A program made the translations under genes and the position numbers. From Antedon mediterranea (taxonomy: Eukaryota > Animalia > Echinodermata), in NCBI RefSeq assembly GCF_964355755.1, contig NC_092675.1:10721812-10785811 (forward strand): 64,000 nt of DNA, given 5' to 3'. Each line of letters begins with the position of its first letter. The first letter of the stretch is position 1. Positions 1 through 12,104 of this stretch are shown piece after piece. The notes under the pieces were generated by a model. The model saw nothing but the letters and a program-made list of their open reading frames with translations. It did not search any database and was not told the origin of the DNA.

Positions 1-136
1 GACTGCCCAATGCAGTAAACAACTTCCAGATAAAATAATATGCAAATTATCCAATTGAATTAAATACAACTACATCTGCAGTTACAATAGGTATGGAATG
101 TTATATAGGTACGTACAAATGTTCATTTTAGTATCT

Positions 137-170
137 ATATTGTATTGTATATTGTATTGTATTGTATTGT
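137..170. repeat. (TATTG)n microsatellite
   Basis: about 6-7 tandem TATTG units. Confidence 0.85.
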
Positions 171-362
171 TTATAAACCACAGTGGAGGTACCTGTGCTA
201 TCTGCATAGGCTGATCCAAATTTTAAATTTTACAATGCTAAAGCCGAGACTGTAGGTTTACTTCATTTTTAGGCCTTAGGCCCCTCTTATTTTAAAGTAC
301 TGGATCCGCCACTGCAGTAATCAGAATGGATAATAATAATCTACATTATCGCTTGTCCACAG

Positions 363-518
363 AAAGACTTGGAAGACAAATTACAGGATGTTTCTGATGC
401 TTGTGAAAAAAGAAAAGTAGAAGTGAATTCATTACGAAAAAGACTGACGACAGTAACAAAAGAGAAACACACCTATGAAGTAGTGAATCAGCAATTACAA
501 GATGAATTAAAAACATTT
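363..518 (+). CDS. CNTLN: Centlein-like coiled-coil protein, internal exon (gene begins upstream of window)
   Basis: AG at 361-362, GT at 519-520, 156 nt, phase 0-0; KDLEDKLQDVSDACEKRKVEVNSLRKRL...LQDELKTF, coiled-coil; splices in frame to the following exons. Confidence 0.8.
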
Positions 519-1018
519 GTAAGTACAGATCTATATATTATGCTTAATTCTGACATAGACGGCACAACACAAAAACTTTTGTACATATCTTCGTATTGAA
601 AACCGTCCCTATTTGTCTCCAAAATTTTTGCGAAATTTAGATTTTATAACCATTACGATATTGTTCCATAATTGTTGGTTAGAAAAACAAAATTAAGGGA
701 ATTTAAATCACCATGTAATTTTAAGAGATTGGCACAGTCAAACTTGCTTCCAGGTAGGTCCAATAAACGACTTGTGGGTCACTAAGTATTTGCTTCCCTA
801 TTAGAAGTAGGACATTGGTTGCGGCATTCAATGTGGAAATTACGTACGTGCGCATGCACGCACACATGCACGTATGTATATTTGTATGTTTGTATGTATG
901 TAAGACAATCCAACATACCGTAGCCAATGCCGAAATTTTTTTTATTTTGTATATTTAGTTATTTAAAATGTAATTGTTGTTGTCAAAATGTTTATTAAAA
1001 ATTGTTCATTCCCTACAG

Positions 1019-1204
1019 AAAGCAGAATTGAGAAAAAAGACTACAGAAAAAAATGAAGCTGACAAGATGGTCGTGGATCTTGAGGCTACAGCTGTAAATC
1101 AATTGCAAAGCATGAGTGAACACATTGAGAAAGTAATAGCTTCAGCTGAAAAGAAAATTGAACAAGAAGTGTTGAAGCATAGTCAGTTAAAGCTAGTGTT
1201 GGAG
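1019..1204 (+). CDS. CNTLN: Centlein-like, internal exon
   Basis: ctacAG / GTaagc, 186 nt, phase 0-0; KAELRKKTTEK...LKLVLE. Confidence 0.85.
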
Positions 1205-1289
1205 GTAAGCTATACTCATATCAGTAGCTTATTTAAGAACCTTGACTTGACTTGACCACCGTCAAAGAATGATTGATTGTGCGAACACT

Positions 1290-1405
1290 ATGACTTAGCA
1301 AGCAAGGGTAGTGTGTTTGACAACTGATCATGATATTGTAGGTTCAAATCCAATGGTTTCACAACATTAGGCGCTTTATAAATCCAGGATATTATTATTA
1401 TTATT
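1290..1405 (+). mobile_element. Truncated tRNA-derived SINE remnant
   Basis: B-box-like GGTTCAAATCC and 3' tail GCGCTTTATAAATCCAGGAT(ATT)n shared with the copy at ~9975-10240. Confidence 0.5.
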
Positions 1406-1424
1406 TAAAAAAAAATCTTTTTAG

Positions 1425-1625
1425 ATGTTAGCTGGTGAATTCTTAAATCGGACAAAAGATGCAAGAGAATTGGCTCATCAAATTAAGAAGTCTTTATGTG
1501 TCAAAGTTAAAATGGATGAATCAATGACAAAAGCTCAATCGATAGCTTCCTCAATTTTGTACCTGACAGCATCAGATGTTGAGGAATTGATGACACTAGA
1601 AGATGCTGAGGAGCATAAAAGATTG
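1425..1625 (+). CDS. CNTLN: Centlein-like, internal exon
   Basis: ttttAG / GTatta, 201 nt; KAQSIASSILYLTASDVEELM resembles vertebrate CNTLN C-terminal 'A.SILNIS.SDLEEIL' (recalled). Confidence 0.85.
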
Positions 1626-2258
1626 GTATTATTATATAACTATACAAATCGTATGCAAACAGTGAGATTATGAATGGTATTTGATGTGGTCAGAATTACA
1701 TGATTTAATCTTTCAAGTGCTTCATTAAAAATGAATCAAAAGTATATATGGAAAATACAAATTCATATTACTTTAAAAATTCAGGAGTAAAAATATAATC
1801 AATTTTTTTTAAAGACAAAAAAAACAAGCCAATTTATAAAAGTAATTAAGCATTTATAAATTAGAAATGTAAATTGGTACTTTTCTGCCATCATGGTATT
1901 CTGTTTTGAAGTGACACTCTACTAAACACTGCATTGGTTGGTTTTATATAACACCGAAATAAATTCCTGTCGTTTAATAGGACGATTGTGGGTCACATGG
2001 CGTGCAATAGATATAGATATTATATTTAATATATTATTAAAAACCAAATTTCACTGTTTAAACAACGTGAATCAATGTTCGTAAAACAAATAATGAATGT
2101 TTTATATTCATGTAATGGTACAAATAATGGCATGAGGTGAATAATAAAAGGTTATATTTCAACGAGGCAAAGCATTCACTATTTGTATAATATTGAATTG
2201 TGTTTTGTAATAATAATAATGTATTTTTAAATACATTAACAATTAAAATTGTTTTTAG

Positions 2259-2333
2259 GAGAAGGAGCTTATAAAGGAAAGAAGAAAAGATGAGGAATGG
2301 ATGAAACTATTGGAAAGTTTAATCAATTCACAG
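2259..2333 (+). CDS. CNTLN: Centlein-like, penultimate exon
   Basis: ttttAG / GTaagg, 75 nt; EKELIKERRKDEEWMKLLESLINSQ resembles CNTLN 'DKEWMLYIQKLLEGQ'. Confidence 0.85.
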
Positions 2334-2349
2334 GTAAGGGTATCCCTTG

Positions 2350-3219
2350 TCATTTGTGGCACGGACAAGCTAAACCAGTCGCTTGTCGGTAATCCCCGAA
2401 CTGATTTACAGCCTAGAATAGGCAAAATCACATTGACTAAAAAAAAAATAAAAACAATATTTTATCGATTAAATCTAACTTTTATGTATTCTAGAATCCT
2501 ACTGTGTTGGTATATTTTTAATTTTTCAACTAAAACAAGTAAAAAATACATTTTGTAAGGCAACATGGTCAATTTTTCGCCTGTAGAATAGTCTTCGTAT
2601 GCCGCCATTTTCTGAGCGAAATCTGGCTTGTCTACTATGAATCCTCATCCTAACCAATGATAATGACTTTAGTGATATATACAAAAATATTTTCCTTAAC
2701 GACGAACGCTGTATCCGGCGCTGTGATTGGCCAATTGTGCTCACATGGCTTTAAAGCTCACGACTGAACATGCTCACAATGTCGTAGCTGTCAAAATTAC
2801 ACCTAAGTGTACAGTGGTTCGGAGGAGGAAGCAGGACACAATGCGAGAGCAGTGTATACTGAGATTTTGCATGTTACAAGAGTAATATAAAAACAAAAAT
2901 AATTTCGGACTAGAACAATAATAAAACTGTGTCGTCTTGTCCGTTGCTAGGGCGTTCATTCAGCCTCAATGTTCAGCGAGGCCACCGCGGCCCAGTAACG
3001 CGTCGATAAACTTTGAACGCACATTTCTCCGAAACATAATCCAGAGAGTTCCAACACATACATGTTTTAAATTTCACATAACTTTGTAAGTAAAAGTCAG
3101 ATTACAATGATTTTTTTTACCATTATAAAACAGATAATTAGCTGCATAATAATATATTATCTTAAAATTAAATTTTGCGACATGCGACTGATCTACTAGC
3201 TTGTCCCTGCCACATATGA
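2350..3219. mobile_element. Non-autonomous TIR DNA transposon in CNTLN intron
   Basis: Imperfect ~40 bp inverted ends TCATTTGTGGCACGGACAAGCTA... / ...TAGCTTGTCCCTGCCACATATGA; no clear TSD. Confidence 0.6.
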
Positions 3220-3245
3220 TCATCAGATAAACAGCGTCCAGCGAA

Positions 3246-3370
3246 AGCTCTGTCTACACTATCAAACTTTATGTGACAAACAAAATGTACCCATATATGG
3301 ACACGATGATGTCATATCACTACCATATTTGGGCACATCACACTTTTTGTTTGATATTGTAGAAAGAGCT
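3246..3370. mobile_element. Small MITE (PIF/Harbinger-like)
   Basis: TIR AGCTCTGTCTACACTATCAAAC / GTTTGATATTGTAGAAAGAGCT; decayed inverted relative at ~9272-9382. Confidence 0.6.
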
Positions 3371-3529
3371 TTTTAATTGTATTAATTTTTAATTTTTTTA
3401 ACACAATTTGTGTTAAAACACACAACCTTTTCCAAACAATGGCAAATTCTGAGTTTACTAGTAAACAAACAAAAGTTGTCTTTAATTAATACAACTGTTT
3501 TAAAAGAAATAAATTAAATTTATTTTCAG

Positions 3530-3622
3530 ACACCTTTGGCACAAAAGGTCTTCCAGATGCTTATGGACAAGATCATAGAACATGATAAATTACTCTCAAA
3601 AGTTGAAAAAGAAACAACATGA
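3530..3622 (+). CDS. CNTLN: Centlein-like, terminal coding exon
   Basis: tttcAG acceptor; TPLAQKVFQMLMDKIIEHDKLLSKVEKETT then TGA at 3620-3622; resembles CNTLN 'LPFASYLLEAVLEKINE'. Confidence 0.85.
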   Translation, partial: TPLAQKVFQMLMDKIIEHDKLLSKVEKETT

Positions 3623-3644
3623 ACATGGAATACAGTGTATTTTA

Positions 3645-4347
3645 GGGTGCAAGTCAAGTCGGCCCCACGTCAACTCGGCCCCAAGTCAACTCGGCCTCAA
3701 GTCAACTCGGCCAAGAACTAATCGGTCAACTCGGCCACAATAAAGTATGGGACGCAAAAAGTGCTTAATATTATTATGATTCTTACTATCGACGCTTTAA
3801 AAAAAATGAAGAAATAAAAAATATAATATAATTAAATAATATCATATGAATAGAAGTACCCGCGTGTTACAAAAACACGTGCAGGTACCGCATTTTAATA
3901 AATCGAAGATAGAGACCTATACATTTCACCATTTGGCCATAGAAAAAATGATCGTAGGCGCGGCCTAGGCTACATCGTTTTTGTCTATGATTTGCGTTTT
4001 TAAAAAAGGGGATCCCCGGTCAGCGAAAACATGTAGCAGTTGTAGATATCGAAAAAGCTGCCAAACGCGCAGGGAGGCTCAGCTACGAATTGTTTTCAAT
4101 TGTGCAATTTGAAATTTTATTAACGTAAATAAAGGAAAGTTGGTGAAATCATTCCTCTTTTTTTTTGCTAAATATATTATTGTCTAAATATTAATATTCA
4201 TTAAAAGTCAGAATTATTCATAGTTAAACAATTGTGAAGAAACATTATTTTATCAATCCCCTTCATTTGCGTTCCATACTTTAACGGGGCCGAGTTGACC
4301 GATTATTTTTTGGCCGAGTTGACTTGGGGCCGACTTGGATCGAAATC
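3645..4347. mobile_element. MULE/foldback-like MITE with subterminal GTCAACTCGGCC repeats, in CNTLN 3' UTR
   Basis: Inverted arrays of 16-bp repeats at both ends; direct repeat GTATTTTA at 3637-3644 and 4348-4355 (TSD). Confidence 0.8.
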
Positions 4348-4629
4348 GTATTTTAATGCATGTGAATATTTTTATCATTTTTTATATTTTTTTTATTACG
4401 GTAGATCAAAATAAAAGTGATATTAGAATATAATGTATCATATTGCAATGATTGATTGCTCATTAATGTGTATCAAATTCATAACAGCCTGGCCACTAAT
4501 GGCAACCTTAACGACACTATCCCTACAATTGTTGACATTTTGTAAAAATAATGCATATGTGTTACTTTAAGAACATTAAACCAGGTAATTCCTTGTCTTC
4601 CTTTGAGAAAAAGGAGATAAACAATGCAC

Positions 4630-5802
4630 GGTCATTCCGTGTCAAATCAATGAACACCAATGCGCCCTCATGGGCTGGCGATGTTTGTTCGTTGTTGCTT
4701 TGCCATGTTGAATTGAATCATTATTATTGAGAGTTATTAAATATGTTATTCGCATTACATCGGTCTGTAGAGTTTTGGCATATAAACCTTCAACCTTATT
4801 GGCATGGTGGTAGCCCATGATATTTGGTTATTAGTTGTTGAACCTAGGCCTAGCCTAGACCATAATCTACGTGATCGCACAGAGGCGTACGACCAGTCAG
4901 CACATATAGCTGGTACGATGGCGAACATTAAAACAGAGCTCCTAAACAGTGGAGCCTAACTAAAACTGAGACAATAAACTCAGAGTCATGGCGGCAGAAC
5001 ATTATTTATACACTTTCGTTGGATGAAAATTTTGCTCCATGGACCATGTTTTGTTCGTTAGTGATATGATCTCCGTTGCTGTAGCGACAGCCCTTTTGGT
5101 CCGAAATTAGATACTCATCTCATGGCTCATCACCATTGAAAGTTATATTTTTCCATGTACCAGGTAAAACTTCTCTTTGACGGCCTCGTAGTCGAACGAC
5201 TCGATGTTGATATTCTAGCAGGCACTCTTTCTGGAAAATGACATCGTCCAGCGAAGGTGGCCATAGGCAACTCTTACACGTACGGTTCCAAGGGCACAAC
5301 TAAGACTCATGATAATGAACCTTGAACCTCGTAGTATATTTATCTACCTCCTACCTGGCCAGAGCTAGATTCACAGCATTGACGGAAAGATTTGGATTCA
5401 AAACAATACCACATTCCTCCAGGTTCTTCTGTCAATTGTAATAATGCACTCATAACCTACCGTCAACAACAGTCCATTACCATCCACAACCCAATCCATA
5501 CTCCATTCATTCCAGGTTCACCTGATCATACCATTCCTTCAACAATTCGACAAAGATTTAAATGAAGAGTTCTATGTTTTTTGACCCGCATATCAAATGC
5601 TATAATGGTGCAGCCTGTCCCTTCCAAGCCGTTGTTAACATGGACCCAGTTTAGCCACCACAGCGAAAGGGCAGACTTCCACAGTACTTGCGAGACAAGT
5701 TAGTTGAGCTTCAGCTTTAGATAGTTAAAAAGAAAAAAAATTGGGGCGACACTTTTACATGTGGATCATTACCCTAAAAAATTGATTTTACACGGAATGA
5801 CC
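4630..5802. mobile_element. TIR DNA transposon derivative (possibly Zator-like)
   Basis: TIR GGTCATTCCGTGTCAAATCAAT / ATTGATTTTACACGGAATGACC; 3-bp TSD CAC on both sides; superfamily is tentative. Confidence 0.7.
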
Positions 5803-6861
5803 CACTACCTAAGTATCTCGCGTCGAATGTCCTCTCATGGACAGTATTGTAGGCTGAGCTGGTAAAGAGCGGTGTTGATGTATGCCTGACGTCACGTTGC
5901 TGAATTGCTTTTCCTTTTTTGGTTTTGGTTCTTCTTTTCGTTTACCCTTTGACGATCGATCAAAAGTGCATGCATCACATCACAATATGAAAATTTCATG
6001 TACGATTCTGGTATTTTTATAGTGAGTTGTTTAAATTATTAGAATTGACTTATTTTTCACATTTTAACCGTTTAAAGACGAAAAAATATATTTATTTTTA
6101 CATAAAATGTAGTGCGTGACCTTAAATTAGGACAAATTTTGTAATGGTTTACCGGTCTGGTGACATCCGTAAGTGTCTTATTCAACCTTGTATTATGACC
6201 AGGCCATCCACCGCCATCGGTCATGTCGTGGAAGGATCCCAATACACTTGACCAGTTTCGACCTTAAACAGGCCTACTAAATTTCTTTGGTACATTTCTA
6301 CCTAAACATAGTTACATTGTAATACTTGCCTAATAAATCCTCTCTTGCGAAGTTGTTTAATTGACTTTTAAATTAAATATTACACCAACTAGGAATTAAA
6401 TTGTCCGACAAAGTATCAGATATTGTATTTCTTTATTTCAATTAACAACAAAAAAACACTATAAAAACATACAGTATTTTACACTCATTAAAAAAATATA
6501 AAAGAAAATCCTGAGTGACCGCACCCAAGTGTGTCACATGTTTTTAATACTAGACATACTGTAGAAATAATTTCATCTGTAGGAAGTACTTTTTATGCTG
6601 TTTAGGTGAAGATTTTCCTGTTTAAACATTAGTGTGATAAATTAATTATTACAACACTACAAATGTTCAAAACAAAAAAGGGTGAGGGGGGATGATCGAT
6701 AAGTTATGAAATTATTATTATATTATTATTATAAAATATGTACTTTCCTATATTATGTTAATCAATCTATTTATTTATTTGGTCAGGTAGATTATATAAA
6801 CAGAATTTAGAATACTTAACACACACACTTCTTTTACTTTACAAAATATAATGATGCAATA

Positions 6862-6910
6862 TTATATTATTGCTTGTCCTGTTTTCCTCTCTGGTGAAGA
6901 TGCGAGCAAA
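6862..6910 (-). CDS. CCDC171: CCDC171 putative terminal exon 29
   Basis: ctttAG acceptor, phase 2; (S)LLASSPERKTGQAII then TAA; used only if the GTGAGT donor at 7048 is spliced. Confidence 0.5.
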
Positions 6911-7048
6911 CTAAAGTATAAAAAAGAATGTGTTGCTTTACAATTCTTACATTTCTTAAAATACATGAGCTTGTACAACCAAGGGGTTTTCCTCCATGGT
7001 ACAATTATGTTCAGTTTACAAAATAATGAAATTGAAGTATGAACTCAC

Positions 7049-7123
7049 CTATCATGATAATATGACATTGCTTTTGATTTTCCAGGACTGGAACTGTATC
7101 CCACACTGTAATCATGGTCTTCA
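7049..7123 (-). CDS. CCDC171: CCDC171 exon 28
   Basis: ttatAG acceptor, phase 2; (N)EDHDYSVGYSSSPGKSKAMSYYHD; ends at GTGAGT donor, or reads through to TGA at 7047-7045. Confidence 0.6.
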
Positions 7124-7733
7124 CTATAAGCAAAACAAATACATAAAGAAAAAAATAGTCAACCGGAAAACCCATATTTCTGTTCATTCTTTGTTTTTGT
7201 TTTGGGAACAAAATACATTTTTAAGTACTGTAGTAGGATTTCATTTTATTGCCTTTAAATAGGTGTATATGAAATTGAAAACACAACCATATAGCCTAAA
7301 TGCTTCACGCAGATGGTTACCCACAGTACAGAGTTCTTAATTACTAGGGAATTTGGCTCCATTGGCCAACAACATAGGAAAATGAAAATAAATCCGGACA
7401 GTGATTCGGCTCCTTGAAGAAGACGTAATATTATTTATTCGGCCTACCTGATAATATTATTATTATTATTAATGTAGGCTTATTGATGGAAATTCTTCTG
7501 TTAATTTAAACGACCTAGGCCTAAGTGAACATTTTAAATAATGTATATTTTGCTATGTACAACATTTTAAAACATTTATTAGATCTTTACATGCTGCTGG
7601 ACATATAAATCTTTTGTTAGGAGATGATTAAGGTGTATAAAAAGTAAGCAAAAAATTATAGCCCTTCTGGACTATAATTTTTACCCCATGTTACAAAACC
7701 AACTATTACATAAATAATAAATATATTTCATAC

Positions 7734-7840
7734 TTCAGGGGTACAAAAGATTCCATACAGCTCTTCTCGTGTTCAAAGAGAGGTTGTAATCTTCCAAACG
7801 ATCTTTCTGGATGTTTTGGTGTTCCACCAAACATCATGTT
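7734..7840 (-). CDS. CCDC171: CCDC171 exon 27
   Basis: ttacAG / GTatga, 107 nt; NMMFGG...ESFVPL resembles vertebrate 'DFLPLK'. Confidence 0.7.
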
Positions 7841-8158
7841 CTGTAAACAAATTTTAAAATTTATATATGAATTACATAATAAATCCAAAGGCAAATTACT
7901 GAAAATAATGACAATGCTGTGGGTATCATTTGCTGGATCTCAATGGAGATACAAAAAAAAAAAATCTAACTGCTAAATCAAAATGATAAAGTAAAACAGC
8001 CATAAAAATTAGCAGAGCTAACTAGTAATAATTACAGAATTTACAGTAAACAGGTTGCCTTCTACCATCTATGTAACCTTTGTTAATAACATTTGTTTTT
8101 ATTCCATTTGTTGTTAATAAAATGAATATTACTAGATTGTTGATAAATGAAATAATAC

Positions 8159-8305
8159 CTCATCGTGGTATTCACGTCTACAAGCTGAATTCAGTTCAAT
8201 CTTTAGAGTACTAATGTGCTGTTTATTGGAATCTATTTCAGATTCAAGTGCTGCAATCCAAGATAATGTTGTCTTTTGTGCTTCAACAAATGTCTCAATC
8301 ACATT
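8159..8305 (-). CDS. CCDC171: CCDC171 exon 26
   Basis: 147 nt; ...KQHISTLKIELNSACRRE matches 'HIAALKSELHTACLRE'. Confidence 0.9.
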
Positions 8306-8935
8306 CTGCAAACAAAGGCTGTGTCATTATTAACTCCAAAATGGGGTTACATCGCCAAGGAGACTATATTTTTTTCTGCGATATTTAGGATATGATAACT
8401 AAAAGATGAATTTTTACTACATTTATACCACATACAGATGGTCATGGAAGACTACGTTAAATTTTGGAGGCAATTTGGACCAGGATCCCAATTCTGGACC
8501 ACTTTTTTTAAGTGTGACTTTTTTTTTAAATTGTTGTCAAAACATAAAACTCCCTTTTTAGCCTACACTGTAGTTCGGTATTTGTGGAAATTTTTAAAAA
8601 TGAAAACTACATAAGATTTAAAATGCTGAAAAAAATGTCTTGATACCATGTCTACTTTCAGAGATATCACAGCCTAAAGTTTTGGCTGTTACAATCAGTG
8701 TTTTGAGGAAAAAGCTTGTTAAATTAAGTAACAGGAAATGACAAATACAAAAAAAATTACACCTTAGCAAAAGGATATCATAATTGTTGTATTTCAATGA
8801 AACTTTGCACTTTCATTCATGAACTATTGTTCTATTATTATGCAAAATTTTCATTAAAAACAACCCACATTATTATGATACATATTAAATTTGACTGAAT
8901 TAAATTTAAATTTATTTCAGTTTGGTATTAAATAC

Positions 8936-9004
8936 CTTCAACATTTTTACTTCTGGACTTGGATTGACTACTTCTAAAACCTGTCTGTGCATTTGAGACA
9001 GCAT
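8936..9004 (-). CDS. CCDC171: CCDC171 exon 25
   Basis: AG/GT bounded, 69 nt; MLSQMHRQVLEVVNPSPEVKMLK. Confidence 0.8.
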
Positions 9005-9089
9005 CTGCAAATAAAGTAATAAAATGAAACAAATATACAGCTTGCAATCATACAAAATTAAAAGATAAATAAAACATTGAATGTTCTAC

Positions 9090-9204
9090 CTTATTTAGAA
9101 TTTCATCAACCATCTTGTGATCTGTTCTTAATATGATGTGTCCTTTAATGTCTGCAACATTTACTTCAATAATCTTCAAGTATGATGCCACTGCCTCCTT
9201 CTCC
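9090..9204 (-). CDS. CCDC171: CCDC171 exon 24
   Basis: 115 nt, phase 2-0; EKEAVASYLKIIE... Confidence 0.85.
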
Positions 9205-9661
9205 CTAAAAGTCAATTTTCATTTAGTAAATTTAATAGTAGGCCAAACATATTATACAGTATTGTACACGCGAGTCTCCCTATCAAACTAATTAGACAAA
9301 AGAAGTGTGATGTGCCAAATATGGTATTGATATGATGTCATTGTGTCCATGGGCATATAATGTTTGATATGTAAACAGAGCTTAACATTTTCATATATAT
9401 TTTTTATAATAAACAATTTTTATTTTTAATTATTGGTTGATGTTTCATATAAATAAATGCTCTACCTAGTTCTATCTTAGGTTTCATGGTATTACTCAAA
9501 GTAAAAACTGAAGTTGAATTTTTTGCAGCAATCCTGTAACTACAATCCTATAAGTGTAATCATTGAAGTGTTTCCAATTTATTTTTTATGTATAAAAAAG
9601 AATTAATTTGATTTGATTTTCCAAAATTTATATTCCATGCATTTAAACATAATTATTATTA

Positions 9662-9808
<147 letters not shown>

Positions 9809-9974
9809 CTAAATTTAAAAATAATAATATAAGTTTTACAATACGCCATATCCAATACAATTGCTTATAAATGCAGTAATAGTAGTACAATGAAAAAACA
9901 ACTACAATATTTTAAACAATTGGAATATTTAAATAGGTAAATTGAAAACCTGTATTATTGTATGTCCATTTGAG

Positions 9975-10240
9975 AACAGTGTCTTGGAAGTTGGACTACT
10001 GATCGTGAGATTGTGGGTTCAATACCCACATTGCATTGCTTGTATCCTTAGGCAAGACACTTTACTTATGTTTGCCTCTCTCTACCAGGGTGTACAAATG
10101 GTTACCTTGGTAAGGTCAACCACAAATTAATTATGGGAGTATGTTTCCAAAAATGGCCGGGGTAATAATATGTACAGCGCATAGGTTTTACAACATATGC
10201 GCTTTATAAATCCAGGATACTATTATTATTATTATTATTC
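9975..10240 (+). mobile_element. tRNA-derived SINE (CORE-like central domain)
   Basis: B-box GGTTCAATACC, CCTTAGGCAAGACACTT core-like motif, (ATT)n tail. Confidence 0.6.
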
Positions 10241-10274
10241 ATTCAATCATATGTTTTACATCATCATACTGTAC

Positions 10275-10466
10275 CTTGACTGCCTCTGATATCGTAGAGT
10301 TGCGTTCAATCTCCTTGCTTGTTTGTATGTTCAGTCGCATACTCATTTCTTCCATTTGTTTACTTTGTTCATTCAGTATTTCTTGGGCCTTCTCTTCACG
10401 CTGAAGGGCGCAAGACAATTCATGACAAACTTTTTCAAATCTCTCCTTTTCAGTTAGATGTTTGCG
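10275..10466 (-). CDS. CCDC171: CCDC171 exon 22
   Basis: 192 nt; ERFEKVCHELSCALQREEKAQEILNEQ...EAVK. Confidence 0.92.
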
Positions 10467-10775
10467 CTATTAGATATAAGAATTATACTATTATATTGTA
10501 CAATATAATGTAGATCTGTGTGTCAACGTTTTCAAGTTCATAAACAATTTTGCAATCAATCGAAATGTGGTCGGTACTCATCAACAAAACACTCTATATA
10601 TGCATATAGGACAGTCATGATGCTTAAAAAAACCTGATATTTATGTGGCTATAAAAACAATGATATTTAAATTAATAAAACCAGAATTTTAAATAAAAAA
10701 TAAAAGTATATAATTTTTTTTAGGGATGTCGTTTTTGGGAAGAGGGAGAATGCTGACTCAAATAAAAGATGATGT

Positions 10776-10915
10776 CGTGGAGCTGTAGCATGGTGGTTAA
10801 CATGCATCCCTTCCAATCCCAAGGTCCAGGGTTCAATCCTGACCTAGTACCAGGATTGTAAACTCATGACTCTTTTAACTCCACTCCCTATGCCTCAAAT
10901 GAGACTTTATAAAAG
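10776..10915 (+). mobile_element. Decayed tRNA-derived SINE head
   Basis: A-box TAGCATGGTGG and B-box GGTTCAATCC at tRNA spacing, but no acceptor stem. Confidence 0.5.
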
Positions 10916-11022
10916 AATGAGAAATTAACAAATAGTTTATCCACCCTGTAATTGGCAAGTTACTCGCTGTTGGATGCATATGGGAAATGATGATAGTAAT
11001 ATGAATTAGAAAAGAACATTAC

Positions 11023-11205
11023 TTGAAGCTGAAGAGTATCAAGTTGCTGTGTCAATTCAACGTTCTTTTTCTTCAGTTCTGTAAAATCACTTAAATCTTT
11101 TGTTAACTTGCTAACTTCTATTCGTAAGGATCTCCTCTCCACTTCCGCTGCGTGTAGTCGTTTGGTGAACTCAAGGACATATTTTTGAAGTGTTGATACT
11201 ATTGC
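11023..11205 (-). CDS. CCDC171: CCDC171 exon 21
   Basis: 183 nt; LQKYVLEFTKRLHAAEVERRSLRIEV matches 'FTQRLHAAEVERRSLRLEV'. Confidence 0.95.
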
Positions 11206-11880
11206 CTATCATGATGAAAAAAAAAATATTTATTTCGTAATCATAATACTAATAATTCATTAGGAAAACGCTTTCAAAACAGCTGCACATATGGTGTATC
11301 CTCAAAAACATGCTTACAAAAATACAAAATAAACTATATAATAAAAATACATAAGCCAATTAATGAATGAATTAATTAAGATAAAAATACAGATACTTGA
11401 TTTACATTATTAAACAGTGTCTACCAGTAAATAAAATGCACAATAAAAACATAACTTTACTGAATTATTCATAATATACAAAATTATGAAAATTGAAAGT
11501 AAGGTACTAAACGCGAAACAATTTCTGTACTATACTCCATTAAACTTCATATTGGTTTAAATTTAATTTGCTAAAGGGTTCCAGCAAATAGGAAAGCACA
11601 TAGATTAGACAAAGTACAGTCAACTCTGGCAATACCGGAATCAATGAGAAAAAGAAACCACACTTTTCTTGGGGACCAAAATGTCCCAAATTCCTTTTTA
11701 CCATTAAAAACACATTCCGAATACGAACATTTCCGAAAAACCAGACATATTTGGCCAGCCCGGTATTGGTAGAGTTGACTGTACCACAATTTTACATGAC
11801 ATGTTTGTTTTGTAAATTTAATTTAGATTATTTATCATTGTTTTTCTTTCTTTTTAAAGTAAACTACAAAGTATTCATAC

Positions 11881-12104
11881 CTGTGTTGTTGAAGTACTGC
11901 TTTTTTTGAAAAATGATGCCATGTTCAAAGCCCTTTTTAAACCTAAACCCAGCAAGACAACAATTGACTGCCTTTCTTTAGGAAACTGATGGTGTTCTGA
12001 AGATGATACTGGTTCATCATACGCTAGACTTAAGTTACTGACAAGTTGTGTAAAAGCCACCTTTGCTACTTGTGTTATTTTCTTTGACTGAAGTGTCTGA
12101 AGCT
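11881..12104 (-). CDS. CCDC171: CCDC171 exon 20
   Basis: 224 nt, phase 1-0, open frame, AG/GT bounded. Confidence 0.85.

Noticed and set aside
6240-6285. Second hammerhead on the - strand (GGCC tgtttaa GGTC GAAAC TG GTC)
   Set aside because: Stem II, GAAAC and GUC are present but the CUGANGA core is missing; at most a dead or truncated Penelope-type remnant
10776-10850. Possible tRNA-Gly(TCC) gene
   Set aside because: A and B boxes are present but the acceptor and anticodon stems do not pair; treated as a SINE head
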